A program made the translations under genes and the position numbers. The notes beneath the pieces were generated by a model. That model was not told the origin of the DNA, searched no databases, and saw only the letters and a list, made by a program, of their open reading frames with translations. Source: an uncultured OCS116 cluster bacterium (GTDB taxonomy: Bacteria; Pseudomonadota; Alphaproteobacteria; Rhizobiales; TMED25). From it: a stretch of DNA of 64,000 nt. The DNA is taken from positions 1,140 through 65,139 of the forward strand of contig CACPHU010000006.1 in assembly GCA_902633855.1 (NCBI GenBank). The letters are read 5' to 3'. Below are positions 1 through 8,308 of this stretch, one piece after another. Numbering within the stretch: the first letter of the stretch is position 1; every line of letters begins with the position of its first letter.

Positions 1-52
1 TAGATATATTTGTGGCTTTACATATTAATAATGTAGTACTATAAAAAAATTA

Positions 53-129
53 GGGCGATTAGCTCAGTTGGTTAGAGCCCTCCGCTCATAACGGAGTGGT
101 CCCAGGTTCGAGTCCTGGATCGCCCACCA
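53..129 (+). tRNA. tRNA-Met (anticodon CAU; elongator type, tRNA-Ile2/lysidine not excluded)
   Basis: Cloverleaf read by eye: acceptor gggcgat/atcgccc, D arm gctc-agttggtta-gagc, anticodon stem ctccg/cggag with loop ctCATaa, T arm ccagg-ttcgagt-cctgg, encoded CCA. No 1:72 mismatch and no GGG/CCC anticodon stem, so not an initiator. Confidence 0.9.
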
Positions 130-257
130 GTTGAATATTTTGACTCGGAATAAACGTTTGGAAAAATTATGCTAATATGCTCCAAGCTAAGAGTTATAAT
201 TTTGTTGTTCAATATAAATCAGGAATAACTGGGACAAAAATAAAAAGGAGTTGAGAA

Positions 258-674
258 ATGATTGAAAATTTTAATGGTGTATTTTTTTTAGTGATACATA
301 TTCTTGTTCTCATCATGATAAGTTTTTATCTTATACGAATCTTATTTGCACCACTTGGTATCACTGAAGAATTTGGCGTAGATAAATCTGGGATTTATTT
401 TGCTAGAATAATGGGGACATTTATTGCACCATTATTTATAATAGGTACGTACATTATCTTTCGAGACGGCGGACCTGCTGGATGTTGGGTTTGGTATGTT
501 ACTTTGGCAATAACATCAGTTCTTCAACTTGGTTATGAAAGTTCCTTTTATTATAAAAAAATTGATGCAAATGTTGGGGCAAAAAATAAGTTACTTGACG
601 TGATCGTATCGGCTATTTTTACGATTATATCACTCGTCCTTATAATGGGTTTATCAGATAAAATATATTTATAG
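258..674 (+). CDS. Small integral membrane protein, unknown function (about 4 predicted TM segments)
   Basis: 138-aa ORF with a strong SD (aaaaggag, 7 nt upstream of ATG). Strongly hydrophobic segments (FFLVIHILVLIMISFYLIRILF, FIAPLFIIGTYIIF, VWYVTLAITSVLQL, VIVSAIFTIISLVLIMGL). No family recognised. Confidence 0.6.
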   Translation: MIENFNGVFFLVIHILVLIMISFYLIRILFAPLGITEEFGVDKSGIYFARIMGTFIAPLFIIGTYIIFRDGGPAGCWVWYVTLAITSVLQLGYESSFYYKKIDANVGAKNKLLDVIVSAIFTIISLVLIMGLSDKIYL

Positions 675-800
675 GATTTCCTATTTTTTTTTCACAAATG
701 AGATTGCATTAGTCTCTATTTCTGTGTTAAATAGAGTGATTATTAAAACATTACATCAGCATTGTAATGATGTGTAAGAAGTTAAAAAGGGGTATGAATA

Positions 801-2147
801 ATGAAACCAGTGGATCCTACAAAGGGTTATGAGCTAGATACTAGCTTTATTCAAGAGCAGCACCATACAAATCCAAGAAGACTGTACAGTCAAACTGGTG
901 CAGATTGGCAATATCGTGTCGATCACGAGAGACTAAGAAGGCAGAGATTAGAACGAATTAGAGCTGAAATGGAAGCGGATGATCTCGGAGCGCTTGTGGT
1001 GTTCCAAGGAGCGAATGTACGATATATAACAGGGTCCTACCAAGGAAACTGGAAATATAACATTAACATTAGGTATGCTGTGCTCCCTCGTGGCGGTGAT
1101 CCAGTCTTATTTGAAACAGCTGGTTCGGACATGAGAAATGCTCACTTAGACTTACCTTGGCTAGGTGAAGAAAACATTAGACCCGCAATGACGTGGCAGT
1201 GGGCTGAAGGCGCTGTTGGTGAAATGGCTGACAAAATGGTTGCAACCGTAAAGCAAGTTTTAGTTGATAACGGTGTTGATAAAGAAAAGATTGGTGTTGA
1301 TCAATTAGATATGCCTGCACTTCATGCAATGGAAAAAGCTGGCATTAAAATAGTAAATGGCTGGCCAGCTATGTCACGTGCAAGAGTTGTGAAAACAATA
1401 GATGAAATTGAGCATTTAAAGATGTCATCATCTATTGGTGATGCTGCAATGTGGCATGTTAAGCATGAGTGGTTAAAGCCAGGCATAACAGAACGTCAAA
1501 TCGAAGCAAAAGTTCACGACTTCATGCTATCACGCGGATGTGAAATTATTTATGATATCATTGTTGCGTCTGGGGGTAATACAAGCCCATACAGAAGATG
1601 GGCAACTGATAAACTCATTCAACAAGGTGATCTACTAATTGTTGATATAAACGCAGTTGGTCCTGGTGGTTACTTTATTGACTACGTTCGAACATTCAAA
1701 TGTGGTTCGAAATTGTCTCAGCAAGAAATTGACCTATATCGTGAAACATATGACTCAATGTATGCAGGCTTAGAAAACCTCAGACCAGGAAAAACTTCAG
1801 CTGATGTTGTATCAAAATTCCCAGAGTATGATGATGACAAATACGGCACTGTTACATTACAACAGTTTGCTCACTCAATAGGTATCACACTATATGAAGG
1901 TATGTGGATGAGTAGGGCTTACTCACTAAAATACCCTGCTGAAATAAAGGAAAATATGTATTTTGCTATTGAGACTTTTGCAGGACATCCAGGCCTCCCT
2001 CAAACTTGTAGGTTAGAGGAAAATGTTCTGGTCACAAAAGATGGGCCATCTGTATTTACTAAAATGGAGCATATGGAAGAGGCCGTCGCAGGATATAGAC
2101 CAGGCGAATTCCATCATGCAGAGATTTTTGGATACCCTCAAAAATAA
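801..2147 (+). CDS. M24-family metallohydrolase (creatinase/prolidase fold, Xaa-Pro dipeptidase-like)
   Basis: 448 aa with a creatinase-like N-domain plus a pita-bread C-domain. The M24 metal ligand pattern appears retained: D in LIVDIN, D 11 residues later in FIDYV, H in AHSIG, E in AIETF, E in LEENV. SD aaaaagggg upstream. Confidence 0.75.
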   Translation: MKPVDPTKGYELDTSFIQEQHHTNPRRLYSQTGADWQYRVDHERLRRQRLERIRAEMEADDLGALVVFQGANVRYITGSYQGNWKYNINIRYAVLPRGGDPVLFETAGSDMRNAHLDLPWLGEENIRPAMTWQWAEGAVGEMADKMVATVKQVLVDNGVDKEKIGVDQLDMPALHAMEKAGIKIVNGWPAMSRARVVKTIDEIEHLKMSSSIGDAAMWHVKHEWLKPGITERQIEAKVHDFMLSRGCEIIYDIIVASGGNTSPYRRWATDKLIQQGDLLIVDINAVGPGGYFIDYVRTFKCGSKLSQQEIDLYRETYDSMYAGLENLRPGKTSADVVSKFPEYDDDKYGTVTLQQFAHSIGITLYEGMWMSRAYSLKYPAEIKENMYFAIETFAGHPGLPQTCRLEENVLVTKDGPSVFTKMEHMEEAVAGYRPGEFHHAEIFGYPQK

Positions 2148-2159
2148 ATATAATATAAA

Positions 2160-2183
2160 CCTCGAGGCTTTATAGCCTCGAGG
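2160..2183 (+). terminator. GC-rich hairpin between the M24 gene and the next gene (terminator-like, no U tract)
   Basis: cctcgaggct-ttat-agcctcgagg: a 10-bp perfect stem with a 4-nt loop, 13 nt after the stop codon. It is followed by atcactcc rather than a T run, so termination efficiency is uncertain. Confidence 0.45.
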
Positions 2184-2239
2184 ATCACTCCATGTAAAGG
2201 CAAACTTTTGTGTATTATAAGTTTGAAAAAAATCGCTCA

Positions 2240-3025
2240 ATGATTTTTAATCCATTAATAATTGTTGCGTCTGAACTAGGTATAAGAGATTTATCATCAG
2301 AGCCTCCAAAGCCCAAAGAGCAAGTCAAGGCCATGGTTACTGCTTTTCGAAAAGTCAATGACTCGGGCATTGGTAGTGTAATAGTCGATGGTGTATCAGA
2401 TGAGCAAGTTACCGAGCTCGAGGGGAATGGAGCTTACACTGTTAAAACTGATATGTCTGAATTTGGAAAAGACCACAATTATCGTTCAAAATCCGGGGCT
2501 GAACGCATAGCGGCAACAGTTAATAAATTTGATCGATATTACACCCATGATATTGTTGTGGCTGTGCCCGATGATATGCCCGAGCTAAAGCCATATTATA
2601 TGCAAGCACTCATGTATGCACTTTCGGATAGTGACGTAGGTATTGCTACAATGGTCTCGCCGTTAACTGATGAAGAGCGATATGATAATGAAGTGGTCAA
2701 GGCAAAGGTTGATTGGAACTCCGACAGAATTGTCTATCCTTTAGAAGGATCAAGGGTTGGTACTTTAAAGGATATTAGAAGAAATATTGATGACTTTGAT
2801 ACTAACGATGTATATAAGCTTGTTCCTATACATGCGTGGAGGAGGGGTCCATTAGACAAACTAATTGAGCTACCACCATCAGACCGTGAATTTGAAGAAG
2901 GAACGGATCTTGTCCGAGCCTTAGATGCTGGCATGAGGATTGATGTCACATTTGTAACTGATAATATGAAGGTATTGATTTCACCAGAAGAATTAGATGA
3001 AGCCGCATATGAAATTGAAGGATAG
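2240..3025 (+). CDS. KdsB-fold (CMP-sugar synthetase-like) nucleotidyltransferase homologue with divergent catalytic motifs
   Basis: Aligns by eye with E. coli KdsB: SGAERIAATV vs SGTERLAEVV, IVVAVPDDMP vs VIVNVQGDEP, VGIATMVSPL vs VGMATLAVPI, HAWRRGPL..LPPS..E vs YGYRAGFI..WQPSPLE. The N-terminal PARxxSxRxPGKPL motif is replaced by VASELGIRDLSSEP. Start is ATG 2240 or GTG 2210. Confidence 0.55.
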   Translation: MIFNPLIIVASELGIRDLSSEPPKPKEQVKAMVTAFRKVNDSGIGSVIVDGVSDEQVTELEGNGAYTVKTDMSEFGKDHNYRSKSGAERIAATVNKFDRYYTHDIVVAVPDDMPELKPYYMQALMYALSDSDVGIATMVSPLTDEERYDNEVVKAKVDWNSDRIVYPLEGSRVGTLKDIRRNIDDFDTNDVYKLVPIHAWRRGPLDKLIELPPSDREFEEGTDLVRALDAGMRIDVTFVTDNMKVLISPEELDEAAYEIEG

Positions 3026-3051
3026 TCTGTTGCTTCAAAATGAGGTTTAAA

Positions 3052-4320
3052 ATGAATAGACCATACTACAAACCAGATCCAGTTGGTGGAGCAGAACAAT
3101 ACGTTGGTGCTGAACATAGACTTAATGAGCCATGGGAAGAACAAGCGCATAATGTAAAATTAGTTGGGCATTCAGATTTAAATGGCTGGGGTGATGCCTT
3201 CCAGATACAAGTATCAAATGGAATATGTTATGTTGCTGCGTCAGGAATTAATGGTCATAATGGTATGACAATTCTTGATGTCAAAGATCCATCAAAGCCG
3301 AAAATATTAAATCAAATATCAGACTCACCAGGTGCACGAACCCATAAGGTTCTCAGAATTAGTGATGATATATTAATAACAAATTCAGAGTTGAGGCCTA
3401 ATCTTATTGGTCAATATCCAGAACTAAAAGGTGGGTTACGAGTTTTCGATATATCAGATCCTATTAATCCAAAATTTATTAGACACGTTGAAGTAGATGG
3501 TTTGGGCATACACAGGCCGATCTATGATAGGGATAGAAAATTGATGTATAGCTCTGGTTTTAAAGACGGCTATAATGGAAAAATACTTCTTATTCATGAT
3601 ATGAAAGATCCATCAAATCCTGGTTTTATTGGTCATGGTTGGGTTAAGGGTCAAAAAAAAGGTGAAGAGTATTCATGGGATAACTCTATAGTTAAAAATG
3701 AAGCTTGGTGCCATGAAGGAAATCCATGGGGTAACTTCGTAACCGCCGGATGGTGGGATGGAGGTATTGTTTTATTTGACTGTACGGATCCATCAAAACC
3801 AGAATTTAAGTGGAGACACAACCCTCATGAAACCCATGGCTGGCCTGGAAACTATCATAGTTTTCTTGTGCCAAAAGGCTCTGAATTTGGAATTGTTACT
3901 CAAGAAACTATAACCGTTAATTGTGAGCATCCGCCAGCATTCATTACATTCTACGATTTAAGAAACAAAGATGTCCCGCTTCCAGTTAGTACATATATGC
4001 CATTTGATATAGATCCACATGAGATGAGACCATTAGACTCTAAATGGGGGCAGACAGGATCAAGGCATGGTGCTCATAATATATGGTTGGATATGGAAAA
4101 AAATGATCTTATCTACATTGCTTGGTTTAATGCTGGGTTAAGGATCATTGACTGGAGTAATCCATTCAGCCCTAAAGAAGTTGGATCTTATATCCCAGCT
4201 GGAAATAGAGAACGATGCTGTCCACAAAGTAATGATGTTTATGTCGATCGTGAAACCAGACTTATTTATATGTCTGATCGATGGGGTTTAGGTCTGCATA
4301 TACTCGAATATACAGGTTAA
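3052..4320 (+). CDS. LVIVD-repeat beta-propeller protein, no signal peptide
   Basis: Repeated LVIVD-type blades: MTILDVKDPSKP, LRVFDISDPINP, LLIHDMKDPSNP, IVLFDCTDPSKP, LRIIDWSNPFSP, plus a degenerate ITFYDLRNKDVP. The GAGG SD 6 nt upstream favours ATG 3052 over ATG 3040. The N-terminus is hydrophilic. Confidence 0.75.
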   Translation: MNRPYYKPDPVGGAEQYVGAEHRLNEPWEEQAHNVKLVGHSDLNGWGDAFQIQVSNGICYVAASGINGHNGMTILDVKDPSKPKILNQISDSPGARTHKVLRISDDILITNSELRPNLIGQYPELKGGLRVFDISDPINPKFIRHVEVDGLGIHRPIYDRDRKLMYSSGFKDGYNGKILLIHDMKDPSNPGFIGHGWVKGQKKGEEYSWDNSIVKNEAWCHEGNPWGNFVTAGWWDGGIVLFDCTDPSKPEFKWRHNPHETHGWPGNYHSFLVPKGSEFGIVTQETITVNCEHPPAFITFYDLRNKDVPLPVSTYMPFDIDPHEMRPLDSKWGQTGSRHGAHNIWLDMEKNDLIYIAWFNAGLRIIDWSNPFSPKEVGSYIPAGNRERCCPQSNDVYVDRETRLIYMSDRWGLGLHILEYTG

Positions 4321-4325
4321 ATTAT

Positions 4326-5513
4326 ATGAAAACACCTTTACAAGGTATTAGATTAATTGAGTTTGGCAACTTTATTGCTGGACCTTTCTGCGGAATGTTG
4401 CTTGCAGATATGGGAGCAGAAGTAATAAAAATTGAGCCACTATCAGGTGACTTGGCCCGAGCTATTCCACCAATAATTGATGGGAAAAGTGCTGCATTCA
4501 TGACCTTAAATAGAAATAAAAAAAGTTTAGCATTAGATTTAAAGTCAGACCATGGTAGGTCTCTTGCGCTTGAGATATTAAAATCAGCAAATGCAATTAT
4601 TGAGAACAATAGACCAGGTGTGATGCAAAGACTGGGTTTGGGTGAAGAGGATGTAAAAAAAATAAATAATAAAATTGTTTACACATCTGTATCCGGTTTT
4701 GGACAAACAGGTGAATTAAAAAATAGAGCGGGTATAAATCTTATTATTGAAGCATTATCAGGTACGTTATCTGTAATGGGTGAAAAAGGGGAAATTCCTC
4801 CCAGACCTGGCTTACAAACCGCAGACATTCTTGGCGCAATGTTTGCTACCTATTCAACTTTAGCTGGATTAATTGGACAGATTAAACACAATCAAGGCAT
4901 GCATGCAGATGTAGCTCTAATCGAGGCATCTATTGCCTCCGCTGTATGGGAAACGACAGAATACTTATCGAGTGGTATGGTTCCAGAGCAATTAGGGCAT
5001 TCACACCGAGCAAGTGCACCATATCAATTATTTGAAACAAATGATAAAAGGTACATTGCAATAGGTGCACCAAGTGACGCACATTTTGAGAGATTGATGA
5101 ACATACTAGATCTAAATAATTTATTAGAAAATCCGAAATTTATTTCATATTCCAGTAGAAAAGAAAATGAAGACGACCTAGTCCCAGTTGTTGCAGATAA
5201 AATAATGGATTGGGACTCATCAGATTTAGAAATTAAATTGACAGAAGCTGGTATACCATGTGGTTGTGTAAGAAATTATAAAGAAGCTCTAAATAATCTT
5301 CATAGCATCGAAAGGCAGCTTGTAACAGAAATAGGTGATGGTAAAGGTTCCAAAATTAAGACAATACGTAATCCAGTCTTAGTAAATAACAAACCAATGA
5401 ATGTAGATAGCCTAGCTCCAGAATTAGGTCAACATAGCTTTGAAATTTTAAATGAAGTTGGTGTGGATAAAAATGCATTTTGCAAACTCATCAGTGCTGG
5501 TATTACTGCCTAG
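4326..5513 (+). CDS. Family III CoA-transferase (CaiB/BaiF type)
   Basis: N-terminus LQGIRLIEFGNFIAGPFCGMLLADMGAEVIKIE and NRNKKSLALDLK..G are hallmark CoA_transf_3 motifs. ATG 4326 lies just after the upstream stop; the track ORF start 4281 overlaps the preceding gene. Confidence 0.85.
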   Translation: MKTPLQGIRLIEFGNFIAGPFCGMLLADMGAEVIKIEPLSGDLARAIPPIIDGKSAAFMTLNRNKKSLALDLKSDHGRSLALEILKSANAIIENNRPGVMQRLGLGEEDVKKINNKIVYTSVSGFGQTGELKNRAGINLIIEALSGTLSVMGEKGEIPPRPGLQTADILGAMFATYSTLAGLIGQIKHNQGMHADVALIEASIASAVWETTEYLSSGMVPEQLGHSHRASAPYQLFETNDKRYIAIGAPSDAHFERLMNILDLNNLLENPKFISYSSRKENEDDLVPVVADKIMDWDSSDLEIKLTEAGIPCGCVRNYKEALNNLHSIERQLVTEIGDGKGSKIKTIRNPVLVNNKPMNVDSLAPELGQHSFEILNEVGVDKNAFCKLISAGITA

Positions 5514-6561
5514 TTTTTACTTTTTCTATTATTGCATTTGTCATATCAATAGTAGAAGATTTTCCTCCAATATCTGCTGTTAAGTATTTTCTTTCTTTGA
5601 TTACTTCTAATGCTGACTCCTCAATAATATTTGAAGCCATAATTAATTTATCCTCACTGTATTTCGAGCCCATCCATGATAATAGCATTGATGTTGACAT
5701 AATCATGGCATAAGGGTTCGCAACATTTTTTCCTGCAATGTCAGGCGCAGAACCATGCGTTGCTTGAGCCATTGCAATATTATCCCCAAGACAAAGACCT
5801 GGCGCCATACCAATTGAACCAATTAAGCCTGCTCCAATATCACTTAATATATCACCAAATTGATTTGTTGTTACAACAACATCAAATGACTCAGGATTTG
5901 AGACTAGGTGCATAGCAGTTGTGTCAATCAGTGTGTCTTCATAAGAGATTGAAGGATATTCCTTTGAAACTTTTACACATTCCTCTAGGAACATTCCACA
6001 ACTTAATCTGAATAGAGGTTCTTTATGTGCTGCTGTAACTTTAGTTCTATTTTTATTTACAGCCAAATCAAATGCAGCTTTAGCTACTCTATGAGAACCT
6101 TTTCTTGTAATAACCCTTGATGCGATCGTGATTTCATCATTTGGACGAAACTCAGGATATCCTCCAACAATTGTGTCTGAACTCTGCAGACCTTCTGTTA
6201 ATTCTCTTACGAAGATGATATCTATATTCTTCGAATTATCATATGACTTTGCAGGTCTTATCGCAGCATATAATTCAAATTTTTTTCTTATAGGGGGCAT
6301 TGTCCAAGTGGAGTCATTTCGTGGATAATTATTGTGCCCAATAGGACCACAAATTATTCCATGGACTTCATTTAATTGAGAGACTGTGTATTCAGGAAAG
6401 GTGTCGCCATACTGACTATGAGCTAACTTTCCAATGGGTAAGTCAATTAGCTCAACACTATACTTAAGAGACTTTAGTGTTTCAGTTAATACCAACTTGG
6501 CCATTGGGACAATTTCTATACCAATATCATCACCGTTCATAATTGCAATTTTTAGCTTCAT
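5503..6561 (-). CDS. Isocitrate/isopropylmalate dehydrogenase-family beta-decarboxylating dehydrogenase (LeuB/tartrate dehydrogenase-like)
   Basis: 352 aa. KIAIMNGDDIGIEIV N-terminus, NQFGDILSD and HGSAPDIAGKNVANP motifs typical of the family. The substrate cannot be assigned by eye. Confidence 0.8.
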   Translation of the reverse strand: MKLKIAIMNGDDIGIEIVPMAKLVLTETLKSLKYSVELIDLPIGKLAHSQYGDTFPEYTVSQLNEVHGIICGPIGHNNYPRNDSTWTMPPIRKKFELYAAIRPAKSYDNSKNIDIIFVRELTEGLQSSDTIVGGYPEFRPNDEITIASRVITRKGSHRVAKAAFDLAVNKNRTKVTAAHKEPLFRLSCGMFLEECVKVSKEYPSISYEDTLIDTTAMHLVSNPESFDVVVTTNQFGDILSDIGAGLIGSIGMAPGLCLGDNIAMAQATHGSAPDIAGKNVANPYAMIMSTSMLLSWMGSKYSEDKLIMASNIIEESALEVIKERKYLTADIGGKSSTIDMTNAIIEKVKTRQ

Positions 6562-6591
6562 GCTAAAATGATATCAGATTTGGAAATGAAA

Positions 6592-7218
6592 TTAATCAAA
6601 TTTTTTTGATAGATTATTAATGAGTTGGGATACAGATTTATTAGAAAGGTAGGATGTAAACTCGTCTTTTTTTTGGAGCGTAAGTGATACACCGGCAAGA
6701 GTTAGATCTATTACTTTATACTGCTGATCTTTATTTATAATTATCCACCATCTTATTGATGCAAGTCTAGAGTCATCCTTAAGAACATCACCATCCACCA
6801 AAAACTCTTTATTTTTTGACCCTTTGCTTCTACAACTGTCATTAACAATCGCGTATGTAACATCAGGTTCCTCTTCATCATTATCCAATCTGTCGTAAAT
6901 CGTCTTCGTAAGCATCTTTTGGATAAGATCGGTATAGACCTCTTTCATGCCATCAGGTAATTTCCGTGCATATTTACCGAGCATGATTTTGCCCATTGTC
7001 TCGAAATCAGCATTTTTGTTAAGTAGCTCTGAAAGATTAGATTTTTTTTGGTTTTTGGTAAACTCAGATGAGTTTATGATACTCAATGTTTCATCTGTTA
7101 CTTCATTAATGAAAGTAAGAGCCTCATCGCAATATTCGCGACTCTGGGCACTCGATACAAAAATAATTAATAATAAGCAACCTACAAGGTATTTATTTAA
7201 ATTCTGAAACATGATCAA
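6592..7218 (-). CDS. mlaC: MlaC/Ttg2D-family periplasmic phospholipid-binding protein
   Basis: 208 aa with a signal peptide (LLLIIFVSSAQS). FETMGKIMLGKYARKL and later IRWWII motifs resemble the MlaC family. Sits immediately downstream of mlaA on the same strand. Confidence 0.7.
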   Translation of the reverse strand: MIMFQNLNKYLVGCLLLIIFVSSAQSREYCDEALTFINEVTDETLSIINSSEFTKNQKKSNLSELLNKNADFETMGKIMLGKYARKLPDGMKEVYTDLIQKMLTKTIYDRLDNDEEEPDVTYAIVNDSCRSKGSKNKEFLVDGDVLKDDSRLASIRWWIIINKDQQYKVIDLTLAGVSLTLQKKDEFTSYLSNKSVSQLINNLSKKFD

Positions 7219-7223
7219 CCTAG

Positions 7224-8057
7224 TTAGAATACTAAGTTGAGATCTCGTGCTGTGTCAATTGAAAATTCGGATGGTTCGTCGCTGGGAACACCGTTTGAGA
7301 TTTCATCAATTCTTCTTTGCATGTACATATTTCTTATACTTACATAATAATCTGTAGAATTTTCCTCGATGTCGTCAAGTACATCTAACAATTCTTCTCG
7401 TGCGACTACAGCTTCTGAAATTCCGTAAGAGTAACGATATCCGTCATTTTGATTTTGCAAATACCAAGTTAGTGGGTGCACAGCAAAGTCTACTAAACGT
7501 CCAGCAATATGACGCGGCGTTGATGGTCCGAACAGAGGCGAGACCATATAAGGTCCACTTTCAACACCATACACAGCGAGTGTTTGCGCAAAATCTTCTG
7601 TGTGCCTTGGGTAACCCATATCCGTTGCCGGATCTCCAAATCCAAAAAAACCAACTGAAGAATTTATAACAAACCTTTTAACTGTATTGGATGTTCGTTC
7701 TTCTTCGCCTTGAAGAATGTCATTAAAAAGGATTGTCGGAGATTCTAAGTTGCGTAAGAAATTCCTAATTGACTCACGCCCGCCTTCTGGCACAATATCC
7801 CTGTAAGCTTGCGCCATTGGTTTTAATATTGCTTTATCAACCGCTTGGTTGAAAGCAAACATCTTTCTGTTTGTTTCCTCGAAGGGATCAAAAGTATTAT
7901 AACTAATCTCAGGGGTAGATGATTCGACATAGGATGAATTATAATTATCTTCAATGAATTGGGATATATCTGCTTTGGATGTTGTTGTATGCAAAGAAAG
8001 CATTAACAAAAGCATAATCACAAAGAATAGTCTATGTATGTATATTTTGGCCACCAC
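7224..8057 (-). CDS. mlaA: MlaA/VacJ-family outer-membrane lipid asymmetry protein
   Basis: DPFEETNRKMFAFNQAVDKAILKPMAQAYRDIVPEGGRESIRNFLRNLESPTILFNDILQG is the canonical MlaA core. GTG start at 8057; an internal Met start is possible. There is no Cys anywhere in the ORF. Confidence 0.85.
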   Translation of the reverse strand: MVAKIYIHRLFFVIMLLLMLSLHTTTSKADISQFIEDNYNSSYVESSTPEISYNTFDPFEETNRKMFAFNQAVDKAILKPMAQAYRDIVPEGGRESIRNFLRNLESPTILFNDILQGEEERTSNTVKRFVINSSVGFFGFGDPATDMGYPRHTEDFAQTLAVYGVESGPYMVSPLFGPSTPRHIAGRLVDFAVHPLTWYLQNQNDGYRYSYGISEAVVAREELLDVLDDIEENSTDYYVSIRNMYMQRRIDEISNGVPSDEPSEFSIDTARDLNLVF

Positions 8058-8308
8058 TACATCCCATTTATTTGTTATAACTTAATATAGGTTTCAATTA
8101 ATATATATCAAATATGTTTAAAAATAAATAAATTTGACATATTTCGTTTTTAACTTAAATATCAATAATTAACATGATCTTAAGATTGAACGTTCTGATG
8201 TTAAATATTGTTCAAAATTTAGGCAAAATAAATTGAATTTTCTTAATTGTGCAATATATCAACAGCTTTTTAATCGAGTTTTTTATATAATCTTGATATT
8301 ATCAACTA

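Noticed and set aside
801-2147. Possibility that the M24-family protein is a DddP-type DMSP lyase (an M24 member found in marine bacteria).
   Set aside because: As I recall it, DddP carries a D-x-D metal motif at the first ligand site. Here the equivalent stretch reads VDIN. I cannot verify the family assignment without an alignment or phylogeny, so only the generic M24 call is kept.
8058-8308. SAM-II/SAM-V type riboswitch upstream of the homocysteine S-methyltransferase gene (such riboswitches are known upstream of methionine-cycle genes in marine alphaproteobacteria).
   Set aside because: A GCTTTTT segment is present (around 8264-8270), but I found no downstream AAAGC(T) partner for the pseudoknot, and only a trivial atcaa/ttgat stem. 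An Infernal scan with RF00521/RF01826 would settle it.
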